The translations under genes and the position numbers were made by a program. The notes under the pieces were generated by a model that did not search any database, was not told where the DNA came from, and saw nothing but the letters and a program-made list of their open reading frames with translations. Source: Neodothiora populina (lineage: Eukaryota). From it: a stretch of 64,000 nt of DNA. Numbering within the stretch: the stretch's first letter is position 1; every line of letters starts with the position of its first letter. Location of the stretch: positions 930,001 through 994,000 of the forward strand of contig NW_027191414.1 in NCBI RefSeq assembly GCF_041146345.1. The letters run 5' to 3'. Of this stretch, positions 35,221 through 48,249 are shown in pieces.

Positions 35221-36137
35221 TGCGAAGGTGTGCAATGATTTATGCCTGTACAGGACGTGACTAGCTCACCGCTACTGCCCATGAATAATATCTTCCAGCT
35301 GGTGTAATACTTCGGTGGATATGACGAAGGTGTAGCATATAGACAAGGCAGTCTTGTGAAGAAATCCAGAAGGAATGAAAGCAATGTGTTACCAGGTCTT
35401 GAGACATACCTTGAGGTACGGAACGAGGACCCCTCTGCTAGGCAACCACTCACGTGCCTACTGCATGTGACGGATGGCAAGTCCACGGCACTTCCAACAA
35501 CATGACTGGTTTGATTTTCGTCACGTACATGCCATCGATCCAGAGCTCAGCTTCAAGCGTCACTGTTAGGAACCTACCTGAGTATTCAGAGTCATACTGT
35601 CATCCCAGCGAGCCTGCACGCTTCCAATTTGGTCACCTACAGCAGCTACAACATGAACTGCGGGATGGTCTGTCAACCCACCCCTGCATATACAAAAACA
35701 GCTGAGGAGAAAAGGTCTATGGAGCGGGGCAGGGCAGGGTAGATATGGTATCATGTCTCTTGTACAGATGCCGCATCACACAACATACCTAGCCATGTAT
35801 TTTCAACACAACGAATTGCGGCTCTGCTAATTGCGTTGGGATGTGTCGCGCATGGCGATCCATTGCTGTCCCCTTAATGGCTGGAAGAAGTGGAGATAGA
35901 GCTATCTTTCTCTCTCACGCGTTCTGCCGCTGTTGTCCGAAAGTGTCCCTTCCACTCTCATCAATAAAGCATTCTTCTTGGCACACGCTTTCCCTCCATT
36001 TATCATTTATCATTTATCATAATCCATCGCTTCCATCCGACTCTTCTGAAACCCCAGAGAAACATCATTGCGCAATCATCATTAGATTCTGGTCAGTAGC
36101 TTTTATAAGCTATATTCTTTTCGTGGATGAGCCAGCC

Positions 36138-36618
36138 ATGGGGTTGTTCTCCGTCCTACCTGACCACTTGAGTGAACTAGAACTATGGGTCACCCGTATC
36201 TTCGTGAGTTACCTTCTGCTGCTTTTGCCAGACTAGTCCGCCCTCATGTAAATAAAAATGTTACAAAGAAAAAGAAAAGAGACACTTGGAGAACACGAAG
36301 CTCATTGCTTCCCCGACTTAGCTGCTGCTCGGCGTCCTGACCATTGGTCCTTGGACTCTGATAATCGTCTACGACTTCATATTCTATCTCTGGCGCATGG
36401 CGACTTATGCCGCACCGATCATTGGCGGAAGAGCACATGGTGAACGACGACCCAGAGCTCCCTCTCTCACGGAACGTCCGAACGGTCAGCCTCGCGAGTT
36501 CAAATTGAGAGTGCCGGGCGACTCCGACACTGATGAAGCGCCGCGTTCTTCACTGCATGAGCACGACGCATCACATACAAGAGACGGAGTGGATGGCGAA
36601 ACGAAGAAGAGCTCCTGA
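36138..36618 (+). CDS. Small (~120 aa) membrane protein; intron 36204-36321
   Basis: GCCATG context; spliced product MGLFSVLPDHL...IFLLLGVLTIGPWTLIIVYDFIFYLWR...GGRAHGERRPRAPSLTERP with a hydrophobic segment. Confidence 0.75.
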
Positions 36619-37079
36619 GCATGAAATTAGACCCTTCAAGTTGATACTAGAGCTGTGCTCATCCGGTTCCTTTTACGACTTCACGACAACATGCAAAGAC
36701 GACAGCAATGGATCCTTTGCCTCGACCCGCAAATATCATAGAAATGAGCTCGGGCACGGGCACGATGTCATACCTTGCTGGATGACAATGTTTGCGTGGG
36801 CGCTCTCTGTAATGACAGGACGATGGTAGCAATGTGTAGCGGGCTTGAGACACCGTGCTATGCATATCCCCAAAGGTTCGCTTCAAGAGAAAATTAAGGC
36901 ACACGAATGGCTGGCACCATCTGCCATAGCAGTCGCTTGCAATTGTCGACTCAAGCTTATAGACTTGATAGGATTGGCGCATCGGAGGCATGCAATCGCC
37001 CAAGCCTGACCAGCATACTGGAGAGATAATCAAAAGTCGCATACGTGAATCGTTAATCATCATTAATATCCGATCTCCG

Positions 37080-38201
37080 TTAGCAGACCGCTCTACTCCC
37101 AGCCTTCTCTTTGTACCAGTCCCTTAACTTCGACCCCTCCTTCTGAGTCAAGCAATGCATGCTCTGTAACCCAAGGCCACTCACTAGGTCAATCCATTCT
37201 GTCTCTAGCGCCTCTTTTCGTCTCTCGAACTCCTCGCCGCGGAAGTTGTCTGGCCATCCACATTCTTCGTACAGATTTCGCTTGTACATATATCTGTTCT
37301 GCGCAGCCTTTGCTGCCGCCACTCTCTCGCTGTAAAAGGTATTGTCGATCTCAGACTCTTCTTCTGGTCCGTTGTTGATGCCCCTATCGTCCTCGATCGC
37401 AGAGTAGCGATTCGTTGAACCCAGAGAAGACATGTGCTGCTTGTACGTAGGGCGAGAGTAGATATTCATGCTTCGCACGTGGCCGTGCTCAACCCTCCAT
37501 GGCAACCAGTCGAGCGATCTCAGCTCCCCAACGAGGAGGCGCATCACTTCTCCCGGCGATCTGTGCGGCTGATCTGAGAAGTCGCCGAATTGCGCTTGCG
37601 GGTCCCATCTGACCATGAGTTCTGCGGGAGCGGTCAGAATTGCCACTCCTAGCCTTGTGGTATCCCGAGGGGGAATACTCACTCGACCTTATATCATAGA
37701 TATAATTCATGCCAAAGTCCAGTCCGCCGGTCGTGATCTTGAAGGCCCAAGCGGGCAGCCCGATTTCCCCATCGCAATACGGCTGTCTTGCCGCCCTCAA
37801 GCGTTTCTGGTCTGCGCCCTCGAGGTAGGAGACAACTGCACTATCAGGAGCCATCGGCAGGCCTTCATGCTGCGCGGCATACGCATTCATCATCTCATTG
37901 GAAGGGTAAGGCAGGAGTTCCAGTAAGGCGATGATTTCCTCGGTGAAGCCTAGACGTTTGAGCTCGGCCGTGGCTAATGATGGCTTTCCAGGGACTCCAT
38001 AGGGCGGATATATGATCTCTTCCTGGTGGAAATAGTGCAGATCGATCAGTGCATTATATATTTCTTGGACGCAGTTGATGAGCTCGGCACTGAAGGGAGG
38101 ACAAGCAAGAGAAGCTTAGTTTGAGTTGCTTGAAGAAATATGGCACGGGTTACTTACTGCTCCGACTCTACAATCTTCAGGTAGCGAAGGTGAGTATCCA
38201 T
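37080..38201 (-). CDS. Hypothetical protein; introns 38090-38157 and 37622-37682
   Basis: MDTHLRYLKIVESEHAELINCVQEIYNALIDLHY...LLELLPY...YEECGWPDNFRGEEF; canonical splice sites join three segments in frame. Confidence 0.75.
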
Positions 38202-39260
38202 CCTCGCTCTTGGGATATGTCGAAATGAAAATTATGTCGAATGCCACAGAAGTATCTGGCCATGGGCCATGTATTTACCTTACAGTTTCTCATGTGGCAT
38301 ATGATAGTAACGGTGAGATATAGGTCGCTAGATTCGAGACATACAAGATACTCTGCATCCAATAATCCCACCTCTCGTAGTAGCGGACAAAGACAACGGC
38401 GCACGCGTTCGGGCAAGCGCCCGTTGAGACAATAGTTTTCGGATGTGTCTGGCCCACGAGGGGCTCTACGATTTAACAGCATCATGTATCAGGTTGCAAG
38501 ATCTCGTGCGGATTGACATCTTGGGCTGGGTTTGTGGCGTTCGTAGTTGCGGTATGACTCGAAGGCGTATTGCGTCTTTTGCTATGGATCGTTCTTAGTG
38601 TCCCTCCTTCGTACCCACTCTGTATCCTCTTTACTCATGTTCTGCTGCATCGCGAAGGATTGTTCCCCTGAGTCTGAAGGTTTGGGAGAGGCAATATCCT
38701 TTTGACAAATGCAACTAAATGGAAAGGAAGATCCGAATGGTTGACTCGGGGAGTCGAGGCAGTTCAGTGAGATATCTAAGGTCAATCACGAAGTGAGATA
38801 TGAGATGGCGGGGAAAGGCGAGCAGACCCCCGCAGCGAGTGGAGCTTACTTGGAGGACTAAGCTGTCAAATAGGTAAGCAAGCATGGTGCTCTTGTACAG
38901 CGAACATCGTCAACAACGACACAGCGGAGGCGAAAGAGCGATCAGTAAGAGTCTGTGGCTACACGTGAATGAAGTAGAAGAGCGCGCTTTTGTTCGCGTG
39001 ACGACAAGATAGGTATATGGACTATTTGCATGCAGCAGTATCTATCGGACGTCTAGATTAGGTAGGTTTATCCCGAACACTGCGAGAGGCGAACTATCGC
39101 AGCTTAGAGCGAAGGCAATCGTACAGCGAAGGATGCTCGGATAGATAGGCGAAGGATACGTGCCTACTTTGCCGTCGGTGTATATGTGATGCATATAACT
39201 ATCGTATCACGTTCCCAAAGCAATGGACAACTTTTGCCATTCCAGTAGCAAAGACCAAAG

Positions 39261-40435
39261 ATGGGAGGTCTGACACTGACGGAGGCTCCGATGCCTATTG
39301 CACTGGCATTGATCATTGTGCTTACCATTCTCAGAGTCTTCCGCAAGAAGTCCAAATTGAGTTCACATGTCTTGCAAGAAACGAAGACAGCAGTACCAGT
39401 GGCACCGCCATATACATCCATTACACCATTGTCAAAGTTAGACCTAGAAAATGAGCCTCCGTTAAAGCTCCGACCATTTAAGCCTACATACCACCTGACA
39501 ATGGGTAAGGAAAAGACAGCAAATAGTAGCAGATGAGGCGCTGACGGGACATATTAGCACTTGAAAATCTTGAGATTGATGAACTAGTCCAAGTTGACAA
39601 GACGTATAAAAGCCGCGTTCAGCTTCGCAGACAGATTCTTGCGGAACACCCGTCAACTTCGGAGTACCGCCCAGGCAGCGAAGCGGCAATCCAGGAGCTC
39701 TACACATGGATGATGACCATCTATCTTCCTCGACGCTTTCCAACTATGTACTCCCTGGAGAAAAGTGACTGTCCTCGCTACTTGTACAACAAGGTGACGG
39801 GAGGAGAAATCCCTCTGGAGCCTTCCAACGAACGCGAGGCGCTCTTGCAGCTTGGTTCGCATGTAGACACTGACTTTCTAATCTTGCTACCATCGCCTGT
39901 TGACGGTAGTTACCACTTAGAAGCATTCGTATCCTGTTTCCCCTCGGGCTTCAGCACTTTGGAGAAATTAGGTCAAACACTTGCGGCAATCCACAAACCG
40001 GTGCCAGGTTATGAAGCAAAGCTCGAAAAGAGCATGGACAGGTTCTTCGCTAAGATACCAGTCGGAAGGATCGTCAAGAGAGCGAACTGGAGTATCACTA
40101 CCAGCGACGTACTCTATGCCGAGAGTGGCAATCACCTTTATGTGGAGGAAGGTGATGCGGATCAGATCGTAGCAAAGCAGAAGGCTGAAGTGCATATCCC
40201 GGACTGCCGACTGAGGTGTGAGCGTCAGACGCTGCATCGCCTGCCAAACACGAAAGCGCTTGTCTTTGCCTTCAAGACCTATCAATATACGCTGGCAGAG
40301 CTGAAGGCGGAAGGCTGTGGCGAAGAACTGGCGACAGCTGCCGAGGGTTTCGAGAAGGGTAGCGTACCCGAGATGAGCTTCTACAAGCGTGAGGTGGTAT
40401 GGGGTGACAAGGTGAAAGAGTACTTGCGAAGTTGA
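39261..40435 (+). CDS. DUF3445/HRQ-family protein (heme-dependent oxidative N-demethylase alpha-like) with N-terminal membrane anchor; intron 39505-39557
   Basis: LRPFKPTYHLTM, CFPSGF...IHKPVPGY, KRANWSI, LRCERQTLHRLP...FAFKTY motifs. Confidence 0.85.
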
Positions 40436-40503
40436 TGTTCTCCTCATTGATGTCGACGCCGGCCATGGCATAGATTAGCGATGTTTCGTTATAGAATCGT
40501 GTC

Positions 40504-41814
40504 TCAGACATCTTCGCCAGCCATTTTAGCATGTTTGAAATACTTCATGCCAACCCACGCGACCACCACCCAGACCCAGGCCATGACACCTGTCAATATG
40601 ATGAGTGCGGGATAATAGCCAACAATAGGCAGAGTGGGGTCATCTTCTAGCTCTGGAGGCGCATAAGGCGTTTCGCCAACGTCCCAGGCCCAGCTCCACA
40701 GACCAAAACAGCTACCCATTCCGATGACAAAGACTATCCAGGTGACTACGAGCACGACCCATCCCCACCATTCGGTATCGCCATATTCGTACTCCTCATC
40801 CGCAGCGTAGGCATTGACCGGGATGGCAGAGAGGGGAGATGGAGGTTTCTTCGACGAGCGGCGGCGCTGAATAGAGGGTTGGCTGGGAAAGTATGACGAC
40901 GAGCTGGGCATGGTCGACCTTTTGATAGTGGAGTCAGGCAAGGTGAGCGCTTCATCGTCGTCCGTAGTAGAAGTATTGCTCTGGCTCGTCGGGCTGAGGA
41001 TTGGCGAGGCTAGTATGGAGGGAACAGAAGTTGTATGGGTCGAGGTTGGCGAGGCGACTTGTTGTATCGCTTCGAGAGATAATTTCAAGTTGGCCTCTTC
41101 GCGCTCATGACTGCGTGCTCTAATTGTGGGTGGGAACATCTGCAGGTCGGGAGAAGTGAGACTCAAAGGACGAGGGGCATTCTTTGGTCGAGCAGACTCT
41201 TCAGAACCTCTCAAGGGAAGGTGCGATGGAGTGGCATGCGCGATAGTGGTAGGAGCAGGGTCGACATTGACGTCCCCTACGTGTTCGTCGACGTTCCTAG
41301 GACGGTGTGACTGCAATGATGAATTCCTCCTTTCTCTACCTTCCGATCGCAGTCGTCCGGAAGTCCCTAATAGAGCAGTTTTTCTGAGTGATCCTTTTCT
41401 CTTGCGTTGTTTCGCGACACGCTGGGCGAGTAGCATTGCCGACTCGGGACGAGCAGAGGCAGCAAGATCATCTTCTACTATAGCCATATCATCGCTCTCA
41501 GGGGCAAGTCGCAACTTGGCTTCGTCTGGCTGCATGCGCAAGAAATTCAAGCGGGAAAGTATACTCCCTGAGAGGCTCCTCTTGTGACCGCCATGTTTTG
41601 AGGAGGGGCCCGAGGACTTTGCCGAGTCTGCTATAGGTGTTGACGAGGTTGCAGATCCCGCAGACTGCGGCGATGGCATCGGAACATTGGCCACGTTGGC
41701 ATCTTTGCCATTGCGCTTCTTGGGGGTTTCGTTTCCTACAGTGTCACTTCCATGCGATGAATTTGTAGCAGCCTCGACCTTGGCCTGAGGCTCGACCTTG
41801 AACTCTACGTCCAT
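40504..41814 (-). CDS. Protein with long disordered N-terminus and C-terminal PIG-Y/Eri1-like two-TM domain
   Basis: WWGWVVLVVTWIVFVIGMGS...YYPALIILTGVMAWVWVVVAWVGMKYFKHA. Confidence 0.8.
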   Translation of the reverse strand: MDVEFKVEPQAKVEAATNSSHGSDTVGNETPKKRNGKDANVANVPMPSPQSAGSATSSTPIADSAKSSGPSSKHGGHKRSLSGSILSRLNFLRMQPDEAKLRLAPESDDMAIVEDDLAASARPESAMLLAQRVAKQRKRKGSLRKTALLGTSGRLRSEGRERRNSSLQSHRPRNVDEHVGDVNVDPAPTTIAHATPSHLPLRGSEESARPKNAPRPLSLTSPDLQMFPPTIRARSHEREEANLKLSLEAIQQVASPTSTHTTSVPSILASPILSPTSQSNTSTTDDDEALTLPDSTIKRSTMPSSSSYFPSQPSIQRRRSSKKPPSPLSAIPVNAYAADEEYEYGDTEWWGWVVLVVTWIVFVIGMGSCFGLWSWAWDVGETPYAPPELEDDPTLPIVGYYPALIILTGVMAWVWVVVAWVGMKYFKHAKMAGEDV

Positions 41815-42665
41815 CCACGTCGCAAGTGCCTAGAATGCGGATACGTTACATACTATTCGAACTACTGCTATGAAAATTCAAGATAGCGCAGATTTGCGAA
41901 TATCGTATAAGTTCGACCTATTGTATTATTGCAACAAAAAATGACGGCAACGGTAGATCGTAATGGTGTCTTACTTCCATACGGTACCTTAGCCGCATGA
42001 GGGGGACCTCGAGATCACCTACTGTAATTACCCACCTTAGCCTCGAAATGGTTTGCGGGATCCAAAAGGTGATGTGGTCTTGGCAAACTCGATCCACCTT
42101 GATGTTCGTAAGGTACAAGTCATTGAGTATTAGAGAGGTAGGATTTAGTGCACAGTAGGTACATCAACACGACGACAAAGAAGCGAGAGGGCCGCATCAA
42201 TCGCCTGCCACAAGACCAGTTCATCCAACGTACCCATGATCATGATAGAAAGGCTACAATATTAACATGGTGATAGACACTGTTGTGAGCTATCCAGATA
42301 ATGGTGAACAGTGGAACCCGGGCTTAGAACGGCAAGGTAAGTTTAAACGCGTGCAGCAAAAACGGTGATTGATGCGTGTCTCACCCCCTTAAGCTTGGCT
42401 CCTTGTAAATTCCGGATTAAGCGCTCACGGTTGGTTTAGTGCATGTGTCTGTTCAAGCGTGTGTAACATCAATCAATATCTGTGATTTCATTGTTTTGCT
42501 CTTCTTTACCTCACGACTACACGAGCGCATGCAATTCTGAATGCTTCATCGCACTTCGACAATGCCCTGAATTGACCACGCTATCACGAAATCACGCATC
42601 TTATCTGCGGTATAACTTCCGAACCTTCTAGAGCATCGCGACGCTCTATACTGTATCACTCAAAC

Positions 42666-44261
42666 ATGGCCGATCAACTTCCTCTGCCCATCCCTCCGCG
42701 AACTCCGACGCCCATATCTGACGATGAGCATGACTTGCCTACCGCTTCGGGTCTCGGTATCGAAGGAGCATATGCCTCTCCCATTGGGACTCGCTATGCC
42801 TTCGATCCCGCGTCCTCATCACCCCCATCAGAAGTGACGCGCTCTGGCTCCGCGCGCGCGGACATGCTCTCGCCCACTTTCTCTCTAGCACAGTCAAGTC
42901 CAAACGATGCCTACAGTCCTCTTACCCCCCAGAGCGTGTCCAGTGAACCAGCCTTCCAGAAAGTTGAGACCAGGGACAGTGTCGCCAATCCCTTCAACTT
43001 CACCCCGCAGCAGTACACTGTCGGCAGACCGCCCAGCGCTCACAGACCCGTGAGTCCCTAGATCTGACATTGTGGCCTCATGTCCTTACTCACTTACTCG
43101 CAGGAAGCAGGAAAGCGACGCGGCCACACGTATCAACGAAGTAGTATACACATCAATGCCGCGATGATCCCGGAACCAGCACGGCGACTGCCTCTGCAAT
43201 CTCCCGCTGCTCTTCCCACCCCTACACGGAAAGAGGTCCACAAAAGTATGACTTCGGACCAGAAAGCTCGCCTGGTTTGGTGCTTCTGCCATTTCCTTGT
43301 CGCTGGCTATGTCCAGTGGAGCGCGCATGCCTCTTTGGCAATGACTGCCCTTTCTCGCCTACTTCTATTCGATGCTGCCGGCGCTGTGACATGTGTACTG
43401 GTCGAGGTTATGGGTAACTTCGAGGTCTGGACGGGGTCTACTATCAAGCATCCTTTTGGGTATGTCTTTCACGAGTTGTCCCTTTGTCGTACTAAGGCCT
43501 ATATTAACCTATAATTCAGCCTCGAGCGCGTCGATGTCCTTGCCGGATTTGGTCTTGCTGTCTTCATTGGTTTCATGGGAATTGACATCTTATCACATGG
43601 CATTCAGCACCTCCTTGAGAATGCTGGCAACCATGTTGCACACTCTGCGCATGTTCACCCTCGTCTGTCTGCTGGTTCTGTCGATGTCGCTGCTCTGCTC
43701 GCCATCGTGTCAACGCTGATCTCTGCCGTCTTGTTGAAGAATCATTCTCGTATCGGCAAGGCAATGCGCTTCAATCTCATCGCGGGCTGGGGTGCCATTC
43801 TTGGCAACCCGAGTCACTTCCTCACCCTGTCCTGCTCCACCATGCTACTTATGCTTCCTCTGCTAAGCCTACATACTTACAAATGGTTCGACTCGGCCAT
43901 GTCGTTCGGTGTAGCCTTCCTTATGATCGCTTTTGGGGCGCGCCTCGGAACATCGCTCGCAGCTCCTCTATTGATGTCCTACAAGGGTCCTGGAGGGAGC
44001 GCAAGGGTCAAGGATGTGATTGCAGAAATTGCAAGAGATCCGTTGATCACCGCTGTGGAAGACGCCAGGTTCTGGCAGGTCCATTATGGCTTGTGCATGG
44101 CCAATTTGTCCCTGAAATATCGGGGCAGCGAGTACGGCGACGAACTTGTGCGCATTAGAGACAAGGTGACGAGCTTGGTGCGCAATAGGTTGGGAGGTGG
44201 CTACGGCAATGGTGCATTGAAGTGGGAAGTCACCGTCCAGCTCGCTTCGGAATGTGACTAG
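42666..44261 (+). CDS. Cation diffusion facilitator, Zrg17-like zinc transporter; introns 43050-43103 and 43460-43519
   Basis: RRGHTYQRSSIH motif, IKHPFGLERVDVLAGF, multiple TM helices, FWQVHYG C-terminal domain. Confidence 0.85.
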
Positions 44262-44675
44262 GTTCACGAATGTTGCCCTGTCATGATTAACGACCCAATT
44301 CATGTACATGCAGTAGACCCTTCTGTATCCTTATGATCGAATGCTAGTGGCCATTCGGCAAACGTTAAATTCTAAGTCATCACTATATCTCAATAGTTTG
44401 ATCAGTGAAATTTGCGAAGGAAGAGTTGCAACAGTCTTTTGTTTCGGTCCGCGATCAATGTATTGTAGCAGACTAAGTTTAAGCGGGTGCGAGACAAGTT
44501 CTATATGGTTTGTTGATGGAGCTGTGAAATCGCCACTACATCAGGCAAACAAGCGAACTTCGCCTTGGCTGACCATTCTGAACCTTGATCTACAACAATC
44601 GCGTTCCGCTGAAAAGACATTTACAGCTTGTGTTACCTTTATTGTCTGTAAGCAAGTCTAACGTCATAGTAAAAG

Positions 44676-46699
44676 ATGGCTAGCTCCCAGGATCTTCTCG
44701 GACGACTGCAACGACATCTAGACGAGCTCAAGTCAGATCCGTCAATCGAGATTGACACAAGACTAATCGAATCTTGTTCGCTGGCTCTACCACAAACGAT
44801 ACCAAAGAATGAATCGATAGCGATTATAAAACAGGTTTCGGAGGTCTTGCCAACACTGCAGAATGATCCCACCCCCGTAATCAGTTTACTTCTACAGCTC
44901 CTTGAACCATACACCTTCTCGGACATTCTATCTCTTGACGCGGGGGGGGACTTCGTTGCTGGGCTCCATGTGCAGGCTTTACCCTACAATCGGCTTATGC
45001 TGGCAATACTGAACAAGGCCGCGACGAACGCTACTGACGCTGCTACTATCGCTGCTAAGCCTGAAGTCGTGGCTGCTCTTGTACAGCTATGGCTCTGCAC
45101 ACAAGATGCCGGTGTGGCACAAGAGTCTGGTAGAACACTGACTGCACTCTTAAAGGCCGACTACAAGTCGCCACCTGGTTCAGGTCAGGAGCCTACATCA
45201 GCTCACAATCAAGGTCTAATGTGGAAGCGGGTGTTTGGAGATCAAGACATAAGCGCACTCATCTTTTCCACATGCTCTCTCAAGTCCTCTGACGAATCCC
45301 TCGGCCTTAGCAAGAGTCAAAAGACTCTGGCGCAAGCACGACTGTTGGAATGGCTTCCAGAAATCGGACATCTGAACTGGAACGCGATAGCCAAAGGCCA
45401 TCACCCTAACATCGAGAGCAAATACATGGATAGCAAGGGCGCAGGTCTGCTGTACTTCGCAGCCGCTTGTATGGTCGATATCAAGGTCGATGTGCTCATG
45501 CACCGTTGTCTGATCGATTTCTTCGCAGACTTAATCCAGAAGATTCAGGATGTAGACCAGGCAAGGTAAGTGCACACTCCGAACCCATCAAGAGCTATCA
45601 CGATCATGTTAGCAACAATGCATAAGACCTGGATTCTGCTAATACATCAGTCAGATCAGCACGCAGTTCTGTGTCATTGGACTTTTTGATGACTCATGGT
45701 CTACACGATACCGCTTTGTCTTACTATCTCGATCCTGAAAGTCCTCATCATGATCCCTTGGACCTCCAATTCGTATATGCGCCTTCCGCCAATTATCTGG
45801 CTGCATATGCTTCGACCTATCCAAGCCACTTTCTGGACAGTTCGGTCAAAGGAAAGACACTTGAACGTCTAAGACAAAGTCTGGATCTATCTCCGAGCCG
45901 ATGGGCACATGCTGAGTCTCCCAAACATGATTTACATATCCTCGCCTCCCTGCCACGTCTAGCTCTACTCCCAACGCAAGCCGATGCGAGGTGGATGTCT
46001 AGTCCGCTAGCATTGCTTCCTTCAAAGTCTACTAATCCCGACGTGCTCAATACGCTTGCTGTTGTATTCCGCGGTCCATCACGCGATGAGGTATACCCCT
46101 CCCCAACGGCGCACTCGATGGCTGGATCAACACAAAAGCAGGATGAGGCTCAAGCAGCTCGTATGCTGTACTATCTCTACCTGAACTACAACCCTAAGCT
46201 CTTCGAGGATCTGGTCAAGCATGCAGATACCATTGCACTGGAGTCTCAAGCGTTGGCAGCTCTCAACGTGATCTCATCAGTTGCTACCGCGAACTGGTCA
46301 CAGAGTCCGAAAAGTTCTGATGATAACACAGCCACGCTAACAGAGGCGAAATTTCTAACTCATCTTCCTCAATCCCCAACCGCGACGCCTCCTTATGGCT
46401 CCCTCGCCCTTCTGGCGCCCCCTTCACTCGAGCACACCTTGCCATATCTTTTGAAGCCACCACAGACATTCTCGAATATCGTTGGAGGGTTGGGCGATAC
46501 TCAAAATCCAGCCTACAGAGTTGCTATGGCCAAATTCGAAGCGTTGGTTGCCCTCTGCTCCCGCTTGAGTGATCATGTCACTAAGGAGCCTGAGCAAGGG
46601 TACGAAGAGATTGTTGAGACACTGCGTAAGAGGATGTCTGAAGGACCGTGGCCACAGCAGGGTCAAGTTGGCTCAAGCATTGCAACAATGGAGCTTTAG
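44676..46699 (+). CDS. HSM3: Hsm3-like (PSMD5/S5b) proteasome base assembly chaperone; intron 45566-45654
   Basis: Helical-repeat protein with LMWKRVFGD..IY-like and KTLAQARLLEWLP segments and C-terminal IATMEL; family assignment from memory. Confidence 0.65.
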
Positions 46700-47045
46700 A
46701 TGGAAATTACATACCTTGCAATTCTGCTTGTTGCCTGTAAAAAAGACACTTCCTGGTGTCGTTACCACAAACCTATCAGCCCAGAATCCATCTTGTCGTG
46801 CTTCGCATTCATGAACGAATTTGAGGTGTTTACTCGGTATCTCCGCAAGTCGATATCCAGCACTGCGAACGTCTGGAGCCAGAGCCCAGGTAAAGATACG
46901 GAAATGGGAAGGAGCAACCCGTGTGAGAACTGTGTCTAACCCTAGCTTCAGCTGTTATATCAAGATATCTATCATTCGTCTGATTCTTCATTGATCCTCA
47001 CAACTTCTTGCTGACTATGTCAAATACGAACTAGACATTCCTAAC

Positions 47046-48185
47046 ATGTCAGGTCTTACCTCACCATCTACAGCTCATGCTACCACACTCGCTGTGAGCC
47101 AGGAAGTGGCTATTGCTCGTCCTATCCAAATACCTCCAAATCGCAGGCATGCCTCATCCAATTATCACTATTACGCCGAGATACTTCAACCCTTTGGCAT
47201 TTCCGAGGGAGACTGGCATGCCTTTACTCGCCAGTTCGTCAACAGCAACCTGCCAACCAGAAATCAGATTGTTGTTCTAGGGACTATGTCCATCGTGTTG
47301 CAGGCTGCATTTGTCTTCGGCTTAGGCCCACCGGGTATCCCGGTCGCAGCCATTGCCTCTGGTGCATTCGTGGGCGGGCCGTTGTACTATGCGATCAAAG
47401 GCCATCGCCTAAGACACAATGTGCGTAATCGCAATATCCCAGACTGGCTTTCGGCTTGGAACACCCAGTACTTCAACCCCAAAGGCCTCATGATAGGTTT
47501 CAACCTGCCTGGTCGTCCGGTCAGGAAGGCTGCTGTGGCGCCTAGACTGAGGAAGCATACTGCTATTGCTGGCAAGTACAAGCGACCAAAGAGTGCAAGA
47601 AGAGTGACCAGAAGACCCCGGATTGTCATAGTCAAGTTGCACGATCCGGTACCAGAAGCTGGCACAGTACCCAACCTTGAACCGGTCAAGATTGCAGCAT
47701 TGTGGAAATGTGCGCCGCGCCGTCCCTGCCTCGTATCACGATACTGATAATCGCTAGATATGTGTCTCGCCAAGTTGTCTCGTATGCGTTCATCCAAACT
47801 TCTCGCCATGATTGACACGAAACGTCAGGCGGCGCACGACTTACGACTACAGAGGCTCCAAGCAGAGAGCCTTCGCTTGAACAGTCCGTCTCAGGATCTA
47901 TTGCCAGAGAAGGATTGGCTCAGCCAGTGGTGGGAACAGGCCGCCTTTGTGACTGCTACGCCACAATCTGCCGCAGCATCTGTCACGTCTTGGAAACAGA
48001 GGATACTGTGGAAAAAGGCCGATAATGTCGACACACCTGTGCGTCCCATAGGAGCACTAGATGGTGCCGATGCCAGCCCAGTAAGGACTCACAAGACAGG
48101 AAGGAGGAATCGACGACGAACCGAAGTGGGGGGCGCAATGCTGGGCAGTAATCGGATGCATGATGCGTTGCGGCATATGCTCTAA
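47046..48185 (+). CDS. Hypothetical ~363-aa protein; intron 47710-47757 joins the two track ORFs in frame
   Basis: GTGCGC...ACTGAT...CTAG 48-nt intron removes the TGA-TAA stops; central hydrophobic segment; GISEGDW..F and WN..YFNPKGL motifs. Confidence 0.6.
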
Positions 48186-48249
48186 GTGTTGGAATGCATT
48201 TGTGATAATGGGATGGTTTCCCTTCGAATGGTTTTTCGGTTTCATTAAT

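Noticed and set aside
46936..46945. CTAACCCTAG resembling a telomere repeat or telomerase template
   Set aside because: Single imperfect copy in a short intergenic gap
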